64,000 nucleotides of DNA, taken from positions 2,432 through 66,431 of the forward strand of contig JAFUTK010000052.1 of NCBI GenBank assembly GCA_017471405.1. Direction: 5' to 3'. Shown here one piece after another: positions 48,501-58,410 of this stretch. The DNA is from Ruminococcus sp. (lineage in GTDB: Bacteria; Bacillota; Clostridia; Oscillospirales; Ruminococcaceae). Positions within the stretch are counted from its first letter, which is position 1. Every line of letters starts with the position of its first letter. Both the position numbers and the translations under genes were made by a program. Under the pieces are notes generated by a model. That model saw nothing but the letters and a program-made list of their open reading frames with translations, did not search any database and was not told the origin of the DNA.

Positions 48501-48969
48501 AGAGCCGGAGCCCGACCGCCTCCCCGATGCCGATACCTCCGAGAGCAGCCTCACCGAAAAGCTGCTCAAATCCTACAAGCCCGACGGCCTCTTCATCGGC
48601 TCGGACAAGCTGATAGACGCCCTCAACAAAAGCTACGGCGGCGCCTTCACGCCCTTTGGCTTTAACAAGGATATGTCCGTCTCCGCCTCCGGCAGACAGC
48701 CGGTTACCGAGACCTTCCTGCGCGCCGCCGAGGAATTTGCCCGCCGCAAGATAGTGGCTATGGCGGAAAAGCTCACTAAGGGAGAAATCCCCGCCGCGCC
48801 GGTGGTAAGTGCCTCCTTCGACCCCTGCACCGGCTGCGACAATTACCCCATCTGCGGCAAGATGCTCCGGGGCGACCCCGAGCAGATAACCTCCGCCGAT
48901 AAGGACTTATTCCTAGCCGAGGCCGAGCTTATAGAAAAAGAAATGAAAGGAGCTGACACCGATGCCTGA
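45547..48969 (+). CDS. addB: ATP-dependent helicase/nuclease subunit B
   Basis: 'IVPDQYS', 'FIDGF', 'LSAS...CPFKFF', nuclease 'GSIDRVD...IVDYKTG', 'LQM..Y', C-terminal CxxCxxxxxC. Confidence 0.92.
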   Translation: MLHLITGASPDERSRAFCEALKAAPSNAPALVIVPDQYSYESEKRLYNALGAARFNSIGTAGFNRLAELIAKSCGRHELRTAQDNSRLIAMYRAVRRFREDKSALFYKRSLEKGRFIGEMISLVTELLRSGVTPEDLRAAADRLSGSLSRKLCDLAAIYTYYLEALTAAGLKESITAIGDAYALARDSGYFNGANIFIDGFTSFTYDEYRMIGCMLSQAASVTVSLMYPGATPEDTFAVTALTADRLTALAGEHKSQVSLTPCPESASSEPIGALGAYYRTGELPQVKAGESISILSGNDVYDEAEFICSEIVRLIRDKGYTPKDFAVAAREPNAVAGVLEGTFERYGLPCFIDRKLPADLSVIVIFFDSLFECALGKEYRTDAILRYIRSPLCPMFDFDTAAIEDYCITYDVRGDMWRQPFCAHDEKNRVSPRLEELRKKIIDPLDKFRAAAADATAGEICEALFELLSEIDVSRQVYSVVKRASTSGNETQLELARSNKQLWQSVLGAVTAIYEEMGSEKLSLRRFYELFRLMTSQMSLSNPPQKLESVRIVNAESSRLDDVKVLFLLGANEGVFPAEPKSGGLFTEFEKQQLSDVEIELGGTAMLSAQNERLVVYQTLTRPKEKLYITYSETDGRGKLKKPSPVVGRILSLFPDIEVGRISELPLSFFCISPRTAYYKYLERSKDALAVITQPELMNEDRARLIAQRKHIADEVAAVEQALRSKQEYASKLDALPEYSAFRDFKISPASAAGLFGKEKLYLSASRINDFYYCPFKFFCQHGLKLRVPRKIALDHINKGNYLHRCIEAVMTSDKDGERVYNNNFPYFTEEQLKEKIHSAFLAFEAGELGGSYGKTPSYYAELEEYERTVFENIRLIQKEFSDSRFIPELFEYSLTKEDGSSLLSLKISDELSVELRGSIDRVDTYTDEAGKKYVRIVDYKTGSTTLKLEALYHGLNLQMLIYLLALTDSGETDPAGVQYSHIREPEPDRLPDADTSESSLTEKLLKSYKPDGLFIGSDKLIDALNKSYGGAFTPFGFNKDMSVSASGRQPVTETFLRAAEEFARRKIVAMAEKLTKGEIPAAPVVSASFDPCTGCDNYPICGKMLRGDPEQITSADKDLFLAEAELIEKEMKGADTDA

Positions 48970-51900
48970 AAAGATATCCTGGAACGAGGACCAGTCCAAG
49001 GCCATCACCACAACAGATAAGGGAGTGGTAGTCTCCGCGGCAGCGGGCAGCGGCAAGACAGCCGTCCTCATCGAGAGGACTATCCGGCTGCTCTCCGACC
49101 CGGTGAACAAGCTCCCCGCTGACAAGCTGCTGGCGGTCACCTTCACCGTAGACGCCGCCTCCCAGCTGCGGGAAAAGCTGGCGCAGGCCTTTGAAAAGGC
49201 TATCCGCGGGAGCCGGGACAGTGAAACTAAAAAGTGGCTGCGCTCCCAGCAGGAGCGTCTGCCGCTGGCAAGGATATCCACCATCAACTCCTTCTGCCTC
49301 GATATAGTCCGCAGCAACCTAAACGAATTTGAGTTTGAGGAAGGCGTGCGCATAATAGACGAGAACGACGCCGAGACCGTCCTGACGGAAGCCTTTGACG
49401 AAGCCCTTGACAAGCTGGCGGAGCAGTCCCCAGAGGACTTCCGCCTGCTCTACGAGCGCATCGGCGGAGGGGTGGAGAGAGTGAAGTCCTGCGCAAGACA
49501 GCTCTACACCTTCCTGCGCTCGCTCGCCTTCCCAGAGGAATGGTTTGAAAACACAGTCGCCCGTATGCGCAGTGATGCCTCCATTCCCGAATGGGTCAAT
49601 ACCGCAGCCTTCGTTTATCAGGGCTATCTGGAGCGGGCGATGAAATCAAACGAGGAGGCAATGCACCTTATCTCTAAGCTGCCCCGGACGGACAAGGAAG
49701 TTACCTCTAACATAGCCGTCCTGAACGAGGACCTCTCCCTGATGACAGGTATGAAGTACACCTTAGAGGATGGCGGCTGGGAGGAAATACTCTCCCGCGC
49801 CGGAGCGAAGTTCTCCTCCTTCAAGAAGAGGCCCTCGAAGAAGAGCACCCTCTCCCCCGAGGACGCAGAGCTCTTTGCCCTCATCGGAGATATCCGAGAC
49901 GACAGCAAAAAGCAGTTTCAAAAGATACTTAAAGAAGCTGAAAAGCTGGGCTCCAACCTCAAAGCTCCCATGCAGCTCTCCGCCGATGTGCTGGAAGCGC
50001 TGCACCGCTATTGCCTCACCGCACAGGAGCTGGCCTATAAAGAAAAGCTTAGGCGCAATGCGCTGGAATTCTCCGACGTGGAGATAATGGCGCTGGGGCT
50101 GCTTGTGAAAAGCGAGAATGGCAGGGTAGAGCGCACCCCCCTCTGCGAAGAGCTGGTCTCCGGCGGGCAGTACAGCATAATACTTATCGACGAGTTTCAG
50201 GACGTAAACAACATTCAGGAGCTTATCTTCAAGGCGCTCTCCAAGACGGAGGATATCTCCATGCTGGGGCTTAATACCTTTGTGGTGGGGGACGTAAAGC
50301 AGTCCATTTACCGCTTCCGCCTCTCCAACCCGACGCTGTTCATCAAGGCCAAGGAAAAGGCTGCCGACAGCGCAAGCGCAGAGGCCTCCACCCTTGTGGA
50401 GCTCAAGAGCAACTACCGCAGCCGCGGCAGCGTCATCGACTTTGTAAACCTCATTTTCTCCCAGATAATGAGCGAGCAGATAGGAGAGGTGGCCTACACC
50501 GGCGGCGAGCGCCTTGAAAAGGGCGCAGACTATTACATCGGCGACGACCTTCCGGCAGAGCTTATATTCGTGGACAACGTCGAGGAGGAGGAAAGCGGCG
50601 AGACCGTCTCCCCCGATGAAAACGAGGCCATAGCCTCCCGCATACGTCAGCTCATCGACGAGGGGGCGGAGGTCTTTGACAAGGATATGGGCAAGCTCCG
50701 CCCCTGCCGTCCCGGGGACTTCTGCGTGCTCTACCGCAGCGGCGGCTCCGTTGACACCCTCGCTGCTTGCCTTGAAAAGTACGGTCTTAAGACCTCTACT
50801 GAAAAAAACAAGGGCTACCTCCGCTCCCGGGAGATATCCCTTGCCGTCAGCATACTTAAGGTCATCGACAACCCTATGAGGGATATCCCCCTTGCAGCAA
50901 TAATGCTCTCGCCCGTTATGGGCTTCACCGCCGACGAGCTGGCAAGGCTGCGGCTGCTTTGCAAGACCGACAAGGGCACCGACCACCTCTATCAGGTCAT
51001 ATCCTCCATCGCGCAAACTGACGAACAGGCTCACGAAAAGGAGAGCCGCCGCCTCGAGGTGAACGACCCCGCCTTAGAGAGCAAGTGCCGCTCCGCTAAG
51101 GAGCTTATAAGCCGGCTGGGCTTTTACTCCGCGGGAATGAGCCTTTCTGCTCTTATCCGCCGCATCTATGATGAGACGGAGCTGGTGGCTGCCGCCTCCA
51201 CCTTCGAGAACAGCCGCCAGAAGCGGGCAAACCTCCGGCTGCTGCTGGAATACGCCGCCTCCTACGAGGAGAATGCCGACAGCTCCGTTGCCGGATTTGT
51301 CAGGTACCTAAACAGCCTCACAGTTTCAGGCCGCGACCTCATTCAGGCAGCAGTGACCGTCGAGGACAGCGACAGCGTTTTAGTCAAGACTATCCATTCC
51401 TCCAAGGGACTGGAATACCCCTTTGTGTTCCTCTGCGGCACCTCTAAAAAATTCCGCACCGACGACCTTTCCGCTCCGCTTTTGCTGGACGAGTACGCCG
51501 GGGCAGGGCTTATCCTCCGGGACAGAGATAAGCTCACCAAGACCGAGACCGTCGCCCACGCCGCCCTCCGCGCCATAGCTAAGGACAAGCTGATGAGCGA
51601 GGAAATGCGTCTGCTTTACGTCGCCCTCACCCGGGCAAAGGAGCGCATTTTTATCCCCATAGTCCTTGACCGGGACAAGGACGGAGTATCAAGAACCGAG
51701 ACCCTCGCCCGGCGCATCGGCGCACAGCTCTCCCAGTCGGGAGGCGTGAACCCCCGCATCGTCAGGGATTGCAATAACTATCTGGGCTGGCTGCTGGCAG
51801 CGCTGCTTTGCAGCAGTATCGGCAGGGAGCTGGCGGATAGACTGGGCGTAGACCAAATTCTCCCCACCGTCCCCTATAAGGCAGAAGTGGTCTGCCGGGA

Positions 51901-52648
51901 TTTTGTCCCCGAGAGCAGGTCATCGGCCAAGCCGGAGTTCTATCAAGGAAAGGCCGACAGCGCCGCCCTGACGGATATTCTCTCATCATTCATCTTTACG
52001 GACACTCACCCCTTCGGCAGCGCCGCTGCCAAGCTCTCGGTAACGGAGATAGTTACCGCCGAAAAGCAGAAGCAGCTGGGCGACAAAAACCCCGATTTCT
52101 ACCCCCAGCTTCCCCGCCTCTCCGATGAGGTAGGCAAGCTCTCCGCCGCCAAGAAGGGCACCTGCACCCACCTGTTTATGGAGCTTGCCGATTACCCCTC
52201 CGCCGAGGCGGACGCAAAGGCAGAGCTTGACCGCCTGACCCAGCGGGGCTTCTTCACCGAAAAGGAAGCAAAGGGCGTCTATCTCGACGCCGTCAGGAGC
52301 TTCTTCTCAGGCGACTTCTACAAGCGCATCAAAGCCTCACCCAATGTAATGCGTGAGAAGAAATTTTTGGTAGCCGCCGACGAGCTGGGCCTCCCGGACA
52401 GCTACCGAGAGCATCTTGAATCCGGCTCGATGCTCCAAGGTGTTGCAGACTGCATCTTTGAGGAGGGTGCCGGCTACATACTGGTTGACTACAAGACCGA
52501 CAACGTCAGCGATGTCTCCGAGCTCTACACCTACAAGACCCAATTGGAGCTCTACAAGGCAGCCCTGAACCTTATCCTCGACAAGCCCGTAACCGCCTGC
52601 TATATCTATTCCTTCAAGCTGCGGCAGGGAGTGGAAATTCACCTATAA
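48962..52648 (+). CDS. addA: ATP-dependent helicase/nuclease subunit A
   Basis: 'AAAGSGKT', 'IDEFQD', 'VGDVKQSIYRFR', 'TIHSSKGLE', 'YVALTRA', 'VDYKTD'. Confidence 0.95.
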   Translation: MPEKISWNEDQSKAITTTDKGVVVSAAAGSGKTAVLIERTIRLLSDPVNKLPADKLLAVTFTVDAASQLREKLAQAFEKAIRGSRDSETKKWLRSQQERLPLARISTINSFCLDIVRSNLNEFEFEEGVRIIDENDAETVLTEAFDEALDKLAEQSPEDFRLLYERIGGGVERVKSCARQLYTFLRSLAFPEEWFENTVARMRSDASIPEWVNTAAFVYQGYLERAMKSNEEAMHLISKLPRTDKEVTSNIAVLNEDLSLMTGMKYTLEDGGWEEILSRAGAKFSSFKKRPSKKSTLSPEDAELFALIGDIRDDSKKQFQKILKEAEKLGSNLKAPMQLSADVLEALHRYCLTAQELAYKEKLRRNALEFSDVEIMALGLLVKSENGRVERTPLCEELVSGGQYSIILIDEFQDVNNIQELIFKALSKTEDISMLGLNTFVVGDVKQSIYRFRLSNPTLFIKAKEKAADSASAEASTLVELKSNYRSRGSVIDFVNLIFSQIMSEQIGEVAYTGGERLEKGADYYIGDDLPAELIFVDNVEEEESGETVSPDENEAIASRIRQLIDEGAEVFDKDMGKLRPCRPGDFCVLYRSGGSVDTLAACLEKYGLKTSTEKNKGYLRSREISLAVSILKVIDNPMRDIPLAAIMLSPVMGFTADELARLRLLCKTDKGTDHLYQVISSIAQTDEQAHEKESRRLEVNDPALESKCRSAKELISRLGFYSAGMSLSALIRRIYDETELVAAASTFENSRQKRANLRLLLEYAASYEENADSSVAGFVRYLNSLTVSGRDLIQAAVTVEDSDSVLVKTIHSSKGLEYPFVFLCGTSKKFRTDDLSAPLLLDEYAGAGLILRDRDKLTKTETVAHAALRAIAKDKLMSEEMRLLYVALTRAKERIFIPIVLDRDKDGVSRTETLARRIGAQLSQSGGVNPRIVRDCNNYLGWLLAALLCSSIGRELADRLGVDQILPTVPYKAEVVCRDFVPESRSSAKPEFYQGKADSAALTDILSSFIFTDTHPFGSAAAKLSVTEIVTAEKQKQLGDKNPDFYPQLPRLSDEVGKLSAAKKGTCTHLFMELADYPSAEADAKAELDRLTQRGFFTEKEAKGVYLDAVRSFFSGDFYKRIKASPNVMREKKFLVAADELGLPDSYREHLESGSMLQGVADCIFEEGAGYILVDYKTDNVSDVSELYTYKTQLELYKAALNLILDKPVTACYIYSFKLRQGVEIHL

Positions 52649-52688
52649 AAAATAGCCGCCCTGCACCCGCAGGACAGCTTTGCTATTG

Positions 52689-53231
52689 TTATTCGTCAGT
52701 CTTTTTCTTCTTGAAGAAATATCCCAGTACAAAGTAAACCGTTACCGCCATAGCGGTGCCGAGGATTATCCCTCCGATGACATCGGTGGGGAAGTGTACC
52801 TCAAAGTAAAGCCTTGAGAACATTATCAGCACAGCTGTAACTATCAGCGGGGCCCCCAGCTTCTTGTTGTGGAAGAACACCGAAAGCGCTACGGCTAAGC
52901 TCGATGAGGTGTGCCCCGATGGGAAGGAGTAGCCGCTGGGGTGCTTGATAATCGTGTCAATGTCCGGATGCTGGATAAAGGGTCTGTCCCGACAGACGAG
53001 ATTTTTTGTAAGCACCTCTCCCAGCAGGAACTGTACGGCAAGAGCGACGGCGGCGTAAATGCCTATTTTTCTTGTCTTGGGTATGATGAGCAGGATAATG
53101 CACAGCAGTACCCAGAACCAGCCCTTTTCGCCCATGTATGTAAATATCCTCAGTATGAAGGTGAGCACCTCGTTCCTGATGCCCTCAATGGCTTCGAGAA
53201 CGGAGAAATCCCACGACGTTATCGCTGACAT
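52689..53231 (-). CDS. PAP2-family membrane phosphatase
   Basis: K-x6-RP, 'SFPSGH', 'SRLYFEVHFPTDV'. Confidence 0.92.
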   Translation of the reverse strand: MSAITSWDFSVLEAIEGIRNEVLTFILRIFTYMGEKGWFWVLLCIILLIIPKTRKIGIYAAVALAVQFLLGEVLTKNLVCRDRPFIQHPDIDTIIKHPSGYSFPSGHTSSSLAVALSVFFHNKKLGAPLIVTAVLIMFSRLYFEVHFPTDVIGGIILGTAMAVTVYFVLGYFFKKKKTDE

Positions 53232-53304
53232 AAAATACCTCCCGGATATGACAATATTCGCTTAAAATAGTATAGCATAACTGTATGTAAAAGTCAACCG
53301 AAAA

Positions 53305-53382
53305 AGCCGAGCCGCTATGCGGCTCGGCTGAATGGCGATAAAGGGTATACCTCACCTTGCGGCGGGGGATACCCTTTATCGC
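53305..53382. repeat. Two adjacent palindromes (REP-like)
   Basis: agccgagccgc-tat-gcggctcggct and gcgataaagggtat...ataccctttatcgc. Confidence 0.7.
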
Positions 53383-53478
53383 AGGAAAAGTTCGTAATGT
53401 TCAATGATGAAAATCCCCTTGATTTATCCTCCCGCCTGTGATATACTGATATGTGATAAATCTCAAAGGAATGATAAA

Positions 53479-55224
53479 ATGCTAAAGCTTTTCCGCTACC
53501 TGAAAAACTACAAGCTGCAAAGCATATTAGGCCCCCTGTTCAAGCTGACGGAGGCCTGCTTCGAGCTGGCTGTGCCGCTTGTTATGGCGAATCTCATAGA
53601 TGTTGGAATAAAGAATGAGGACACCGACTATATCCTCAAAATGGGAATGATACTCCTGCTGCTGGGAGTGCTGGGGCTGGCGGCCTCGCTGACGGCGCAG
53701 TTTTTCGCTGCGCGTGCCTCTCTGGGCTTCGGTACGGAGCTGCGGCGCGACCTCTTCCATCACATCAACACCCTCACCCATAAGGAGATAGACCAGCTGG
53801 GCTCTTCCACCCTTGTTACCCGTATGACCGTTGACATCGACCAGACGCAGACTGGCATTAATATGTTGCTTAGATTATTCCTGCGCTCGCCCTTTATAGT
53901 CCTGGGCGCTGTTATAATGGCCTTCACCGTCTCGGTGAAGCTGACGCTGATATTCCTTATCGCCTCGCCTCTGCTGGCGGCGGTGATATTCTTTGTGATG
54001 AAGCGCACCGTCCCCCTCTTCAAGAGCATACAGAAAAAACTGGACAGGACCACCCTCACAGTAGGGGAGAACCTCTCCGGCGTCAGAGTTATCCGCGCCT
54101 TTTCCCGTCAGGAGGATGAGCGGGAGGCCTTCGAGAAAAACGCCGACGAGCTGCTGGACTTACAGCTCAAAGCCGGACGCATCTCCGCTCTCACCAACCC
54201 CTGCACTTATGTTTTGGTCTACGCCGCCCTTATCGCCATTATTTGGTTCGGAGGGGTCAGCGTCGATTTGGGAGACCTCACACAGGGAGAGCTCATTGCC
54301 CTCATCAGCTATATGAATCAGATACTGCTGGCGCTGCTGGCGGTGGCGCTGCTGGTCACCTCTCTGACCCGGGCACAGGCCTCCTCCCACCGTATTAACG
54401 AGGTCTTTGCAGTCTCGCCCTCCTTCACCGACGAGGGCAATAAGGAGCAGACCCCCGACAGCACCAAGCCCGCTGTGGAGTTTAGAAACGTTTCCTTCTC
54501 CTATCACGACAACGACGAACACGCCCTGAAAAACATCTCCTTCACCGCCCAAAAGGGCGAGACTGTGGGCATTATCGGAGGAACCGGCTGCGGTAAGTCC
54601 ACGCTGGTGAGCCTTATCCCCCGGTTCTATGAGGCGAGGGAAGGTGAGGTCACAGTCTGCGGCAACAATGTGGATAAGTACCCCTTCGCGCAGCTGCGGG
54701 GAATGATAGGTTATGTTCCCCAGAAGGCAGAGCTGTTCCGGGGCACCGTTGCAGAAAATCTCCGCTACCGCTCCAAGTCCGCTCCCGAGGAGGAGCTCTG
54801 GCGGGCGCTGGAGATATCCCAGTCGGCGGACTTCGTCAGAGAAAAGCCCGAGGGGCTTGATACTCTGATTGTCAGCGGCGGAAAGAACCTCTCGGGCGGT
54901 CAGCGCCAGCGCTTAACCATAGCACGAGCGCTGGTGGGCAGTCCCGAGATACTCATTCTCGACGACAGCGCCTCCGCCCTCGACCTTGCCACCGACGCCG
55001 CTCTGCGCCGGGCAATAAAGAACGAGACCAAGGGAATGACCGTTTTCATAGTCTCCCAGCGGGTGTCCTCCATACGCTTCGCGGATAAGATACTCGTCCT
55101 TGACGACGGCGAGCTGGCGGGCATCGGCACTCATGAGCAGCTGATTGAAGGCTGCCCCGTCTACCGGGAGATTTGCACCTCCCAGCAGTATTCCGACAGA
55201 GAGGGGGCTGCTGCAAATGAGTAA
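53479..55224 (+). CDS. Heterodimeric ABC exporter subunit (degenerate NBD)
   Basis: TMD plus NBD; GGTGCGKS, LSGGQ, Walker B 'LDDS', switch Gln in 'SQR'. Confidence 0.92.
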   Translation: MLKLFRYLKNYKLQSILGPLFKLTEACFELAVPLVMANLIDVGIKNEDTDYILKMGMILLLLGVLGLAASLTAQFFAARASLGFGTELRRDLFHHINTLTHKEIDQLGSSTLVTRMTVDIDQTQTGINMLLRLFLRSPFIVLGAVIMAFTVSVKLTLIFLIASPLLAAVIFFVMKRTVPLFKSIQKKLDRTTLTVGENLSGVRVIRAFSRQEDEREAFEKNADELLDLQLKAGRISALTNPCTYVLVYAALIAIIWFGGVSVDLGDLTQGELIALISYMNQILLALLAVALLVTSLTRAQASSHRINEVFAVSPSFTDEGNKEQTPDSTKPAVEFRNVSFSYHDNDEHALKNISFTAQKGETVGIIGGTGCGKSTLVSLIPRFYEAREGEVTVCGNNVDKYPFAQLRGMIGYVPQKAELFRGTVAENLRYRSKSAPEEELWRALEISQSADFVREKPEGLDTLIVSGGKNLSGGQRQRLTIARALVGSPEILILDDSASALDLATDAALRRAIKNETKGMTVFIVSQRVSSIRFADKILVLDDGELAGIGTHEQLIEGCPVYREICTSQQYSDREGAAANE

Positions 55225-56962
55225 ACAGGAAAAGACCGGCTCCCTTGCCCCTCTGCTGAAATATGTACGCCCCCACAGCGGGCTTCTGATCGTTTCGCTG
55301 CTGCTGGCGGCGGTGTCCGTTGCGGCGACTCTCTACGCTCCCATACTGGTGGGCGACGCCGTTGACCTTATAATCACCAAGGGCAATGTGGATTTCTCCG
55401 GCGTTGCAAAGATACTTGTTAGACTTGGAGCGGTGGTGCTTATCTCCGCAGTCTCCCAGTGGATAATGACCCTGCTTACAAATAAGGTCTCCTACCTCAC
55501 CGTCCGGGACCTTCGCAGCGACGCCTTTGCAAACCTGCAAAAGCTGCCGCTGTCCTATATCGACAAGTGCAAGCATGGCGATATGATAAGCCGCCTTGTA
55601 GCTGATATCGAGAACGTTTCTGACGGCCTGCTCATGGGCTTTGCGCAGCTGTTCACAGGGCTGGTCACCATCGTCGGCACGCTTATCTTTATGCTGACAA
55701 TCAACGTGCGCATAACCCTTGTGGTAGTGGTGATAACGCCCCTTTCGCTGTTTGTGGCGAGGTTCATATCCCGCAACACCTTTAAGCTATTCCGCCGCCA
55801 GACCGAGGCCAGAGGCGAGCTCACCGCATTGGTGGGCGAGATGGTAGGCAGCGGCAAGACCGTCAAGGCCTTCGGCTATGAGGATACCGCCGAGGAGCGC
55901 TATGAGCAGCTCAATCAGCAGCTGCGGCACGTCTGGGTGAGAGCGGTGTTCTTCTCGTCCCTTACCAATCCCTGCACCAGATTTATAAATGGGCTTGTCT
56001 ACTCCTTTGTGGGAATTATCGGAGCCTTCACCGCCATAGGCGGCGGCTTCACAGTGGGGCAGCTCTCCTGCTTCCTCACCTACGCTAACCAGTACACCAA
56101 GCCCTTCAATGAGATATCCGGCGTCATCACCGAGCTACAAAGCGCCCTCGCTGCCGCAAGGCGTTCCTTTGAGGTGATAAACGCCCAGCCCGAGACCCCC
56201 GACAGCGACGATGCCCTCACCCTCAAGGAGGTGGACGGCTCCGTATCTGCAAGTGACGTGTTTTTCTCCTACGACCCCAAGGTGCCGCTCATCGAGCACT
56301 TTAACCTGAACGTCAAGCCGGGACAGCATATCGCCATAGTCGGTCCCACCGGCTGCGGCAAGACTACCTTTATCAACCTGCTGATGCGCTTTTATGACGT
56401 CACCGGCGGAGAGATAAAGGTCAGTGGTGAGGACATCAGGAACTGCACCCGTTCCTCCCTGCGCTCACAGTATGGAATGGTGCTTCAGGAAACCTGGCTC
56501 AAGACCGGCACCATAGCCGAGAACATCTCCTACGGCCGCCCCGATGCCACAAGAGAGGAAATAATAAAAGCCGCCAAATCCGCCCACTGCCACAGCTTCA
56601 TAAAGCGCTTGCCGGAGGGCTACGACACCCTTATCTCCGAGGACGGCGGCTCCCTGTCACAGGGGCAGAAGCAGCTTCTGTGCATCGCCCGCATAATGCT
56701 TTCGCTGCCGCCAATGCTTATCCTAGATGAGGCCACATCCTCCATAGATACCCGAACGGAAATACTTATCCAGCGGGCATTCTCGGAGATGATGCAGGGC
56801 AGGACCAGCTTCATTATCGCCCACCGCCTCTCCACAGTCCGGGAGGCCGACAGGATAATTGTGATGAACAAGGGCCACATCGTCGAGCAGGGAACTCATG
56901 ACGAGCTGCTCGCCGCTGACGGTTTCTATGCGGGGCTGTACCGCTCGCAATATGAGATTTGA
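55217..56962 (+). CDS. Heterodimeric ABC exporter subunit (consensus NBD)
   Basis: GPTGCGKT, LSQGQ, 'LDEATS', 'AHRLST'. Confidence 0.92.
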   Translation: MSKQEKTGSLAPLLKYVRPHSGLLIVSLLLAAVSVAATLYAPILVGDAVDLIITKGNVDFSGVAKILVRLGAVVLISAVSQWIMTLLTNKVSYLTVRDLRSDAFANLQKLPLSYIDKCKHGDMISRLVADIENVSDGLLMGFAQLFTGLVTIVGTLIFMLTINVRITLVVVVITPLSLFVARFISRNTFKLFRRQTEARGELTALVGEMVGSGKTVKAFGYEDTAEERYEQLNQQLRHVWVRAVFFSSLTNPCTRFINGLVYSFVGIIGAFTAIGGGFTVGQLSCFLTYANQYTKPFNEISGVITELQSALAAARRSFEVINAQPETPDSDDALTLKEVDGSVSASDVFFSYDPKVPLIEHFNLNVKPGQHIAIVGPTGCGKTTFINLLMRFYDVTGGEIKVSGEDIRNCTRSSLRSQYGMVLQETWLKTGTIAENISYGRPDATREEIIKAAKSAHCHSFIKRLPEGYDTLISEDGGSLSQGQKQLLCIARIMLSLPPMLILDEATSSIDTRTEILIQRAFSEMMQGRTSFIIAHRLSTVREADRIIVMNKGHIVEQGTHDELLAADGFYAGLYRSQYEI

Positions 56963-56966
56963 TACC

Positions 56967-56999
56967 AAAAGAGCACACACCGGAATGGAGTGTGCTCTT
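56967..56999. terminator. Terminator between convergent genes
   Basis: aagagcacac...gtgtgctctt. Confidence 0.7.
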
Positions 57000-57004
57000 G
57001 TCAT

Positions 57005-58123
57005 TTACAGCCGCAGTATTTCTGCGGCAAGGCTTTCGAACTGCCGCACGCTGTTGAACACTGAGGGCGAGAACCTGACTACCCCCTGTTCCACAGTGCC
57101 GAGGGTCTTGTGAGCCAGCGCCGCACAGTGCAGCCCGCCCCGCAGAGCGTAGCCTCTGTCCGACAGGCGCTGTGATACCTCGTGAGAGCTTATATCCCCC
57201 ACATTGAAGGCAACGATAGGCAGATGATTGCACCCGCTGCGGTACACCCTTATATCCTCCCTCCGGGAGATAAGGGAGATGAACCGCTCACAGAGCATTT
57301 CCTCGTGCTGACGGATAGTGTCAAGCCCCTTGTTCCTGACGAATGACAGCCCCGCCCCCAGCCCGATAATGCCTACGGTGTTCAGCGTGCCGCTCTCCAA
57401 ACGCTCCGGCATATCCGCCGGCTGCTCCGGCAGCATGGACATAGACCCCGTCCCGCCCTCAATTATCGTTGAGAGAGGGAACCGCCCGTCGGTGATTAGC
57501 AAGCCCGTCCCCGCAGGACCGTAAAGCCCCTTGTGTCCCGAGGTGCAGAGAATGTTTATCCCGTCCGCCAGGGAAACGGGTATCACCCCCGCCCCCTGAG
57601 AGCAGTCGCAGATAAAACAGAGGCCCCGCTCCCGCGCCAGCTCTCCGATGAGCCGGTAGGGGAGTATCCTGCCAGTGACGTTTGAGGCCGCCATACAGCA
57701 GATGCATTTGGTGTCGGGACGTATCAGCGCCTTTATATTCTGCACCGATTCCTCATCATTGTCTGTTATCTCTGCAATGGAGAACTCCACCCCTCTCGTC
57801 TGTGAGAGGGCATACACCGGACGCAAAACGGCATTGTGCTCGTAGCTTGAGATTATCATATGCCCGCCGTACTGCATAATGCCCTTTATCGCCATATTGA
57901 GGGCGAAGGTGGCGTTGGCGGTGAAGGCGGCGTTTTCCGTCTCGGCGGCGAACATCTCCGCTGCCTGACGCCTCACCTCATAGACCTTTGCGGCAGCCTG
58001 CATAGAGAGCAGATGCCCGCTCCTGCCGGGATTGCCGCCGTACTTTGTGACCGCCTCCGAAACCGCAGCCCTGACTGCCGCAGGCTTCGGAAAGGAGGTC
58101 GCGGAATTATCAAAATTTATCAT
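57005..58123 (-). CDS. Cysteine desulfurase family (class V PLP enzyme)
   Basis: 'FDNSATS', 'NPGRSGH', 'SGHKGL', catalytic 'RGGLHCA'. Confidence 0.9.
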   Translation of the reverse strand: MINFDNSATSFPKPAAVRAAVSEAVTKYGGNPGRSGHLLSMQAAAKVYEVRRQAAEMFAAETENAAFTANATFALNMAIKGIMQYGGHMIISSYEHNAVLRPVYALSQTRGVEFSIAEITDNDEESVQNIKALIRPDTKCICCMAASNVTGRILPYRLIGELARERGLCFICDCSQGAGVIPVSLADGINILCTSGHKGLYGPAGTGLLITDGRFPLSTIIEGGTGSMSMLPEQPADMPERLESGTLNTVGIIGLGAGLSFVRNKGLDTIRQHEEMLCERFISLISRREDIRVYRSGCNHLPIVAFNVGDISSHEVSQRLSDRGYALRGGLHCAALAHKTLGTVEQGVVRFSPSVFNSVRQFESLAAEILRL

Positions 58124-58147
58124 AAAACACCCCTTTTTAATTCCGAA

Positions 58148-58348
58148 TTATTTGTGAGGTATCCCTGCCCCGTCAAGCAGGGCAATCACCCTCTCCGGCT
58201 CATCGGGAAACGCGATAGAATACCCACAGCCGGAGCCTAAGTTCTTCGGAGTGCGTACCACCTCACAGCGTATGCCCCTTCGCCTCAGGAAATCATATGC
58301 CTTCATAGCGTAGGTTATTGAGGTCATCGCTAGATAATGCTTTTTCAT
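58148..58348 (-). CDS. DUF3343-family small protein
   Basis: 'SITYAMKA', 'TP....GCGYS'; RBS aaggag. Confidence 0.8.
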   Translation of the reverse strand: MKKHYLAMTSITYAMKAYDFLRRRGIRCEVVRTPKNLGSGCGYSIAFPDEPERVIALLDGAGIPHK

Positions 58349-58382
58349 AGCCTCTCCTTTCATTTGAAGCTGCCGACACCTC

Positions 58383-58410
58383 ATTCTATGTGCAGACGTC
58401 GGAAAATGTG
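58383..58410 (-). promoter_or_regulatory. SigK-like promoter
   Basis: Minus strand CACA-N16-CATAGAAT. Confidence 0.55.
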
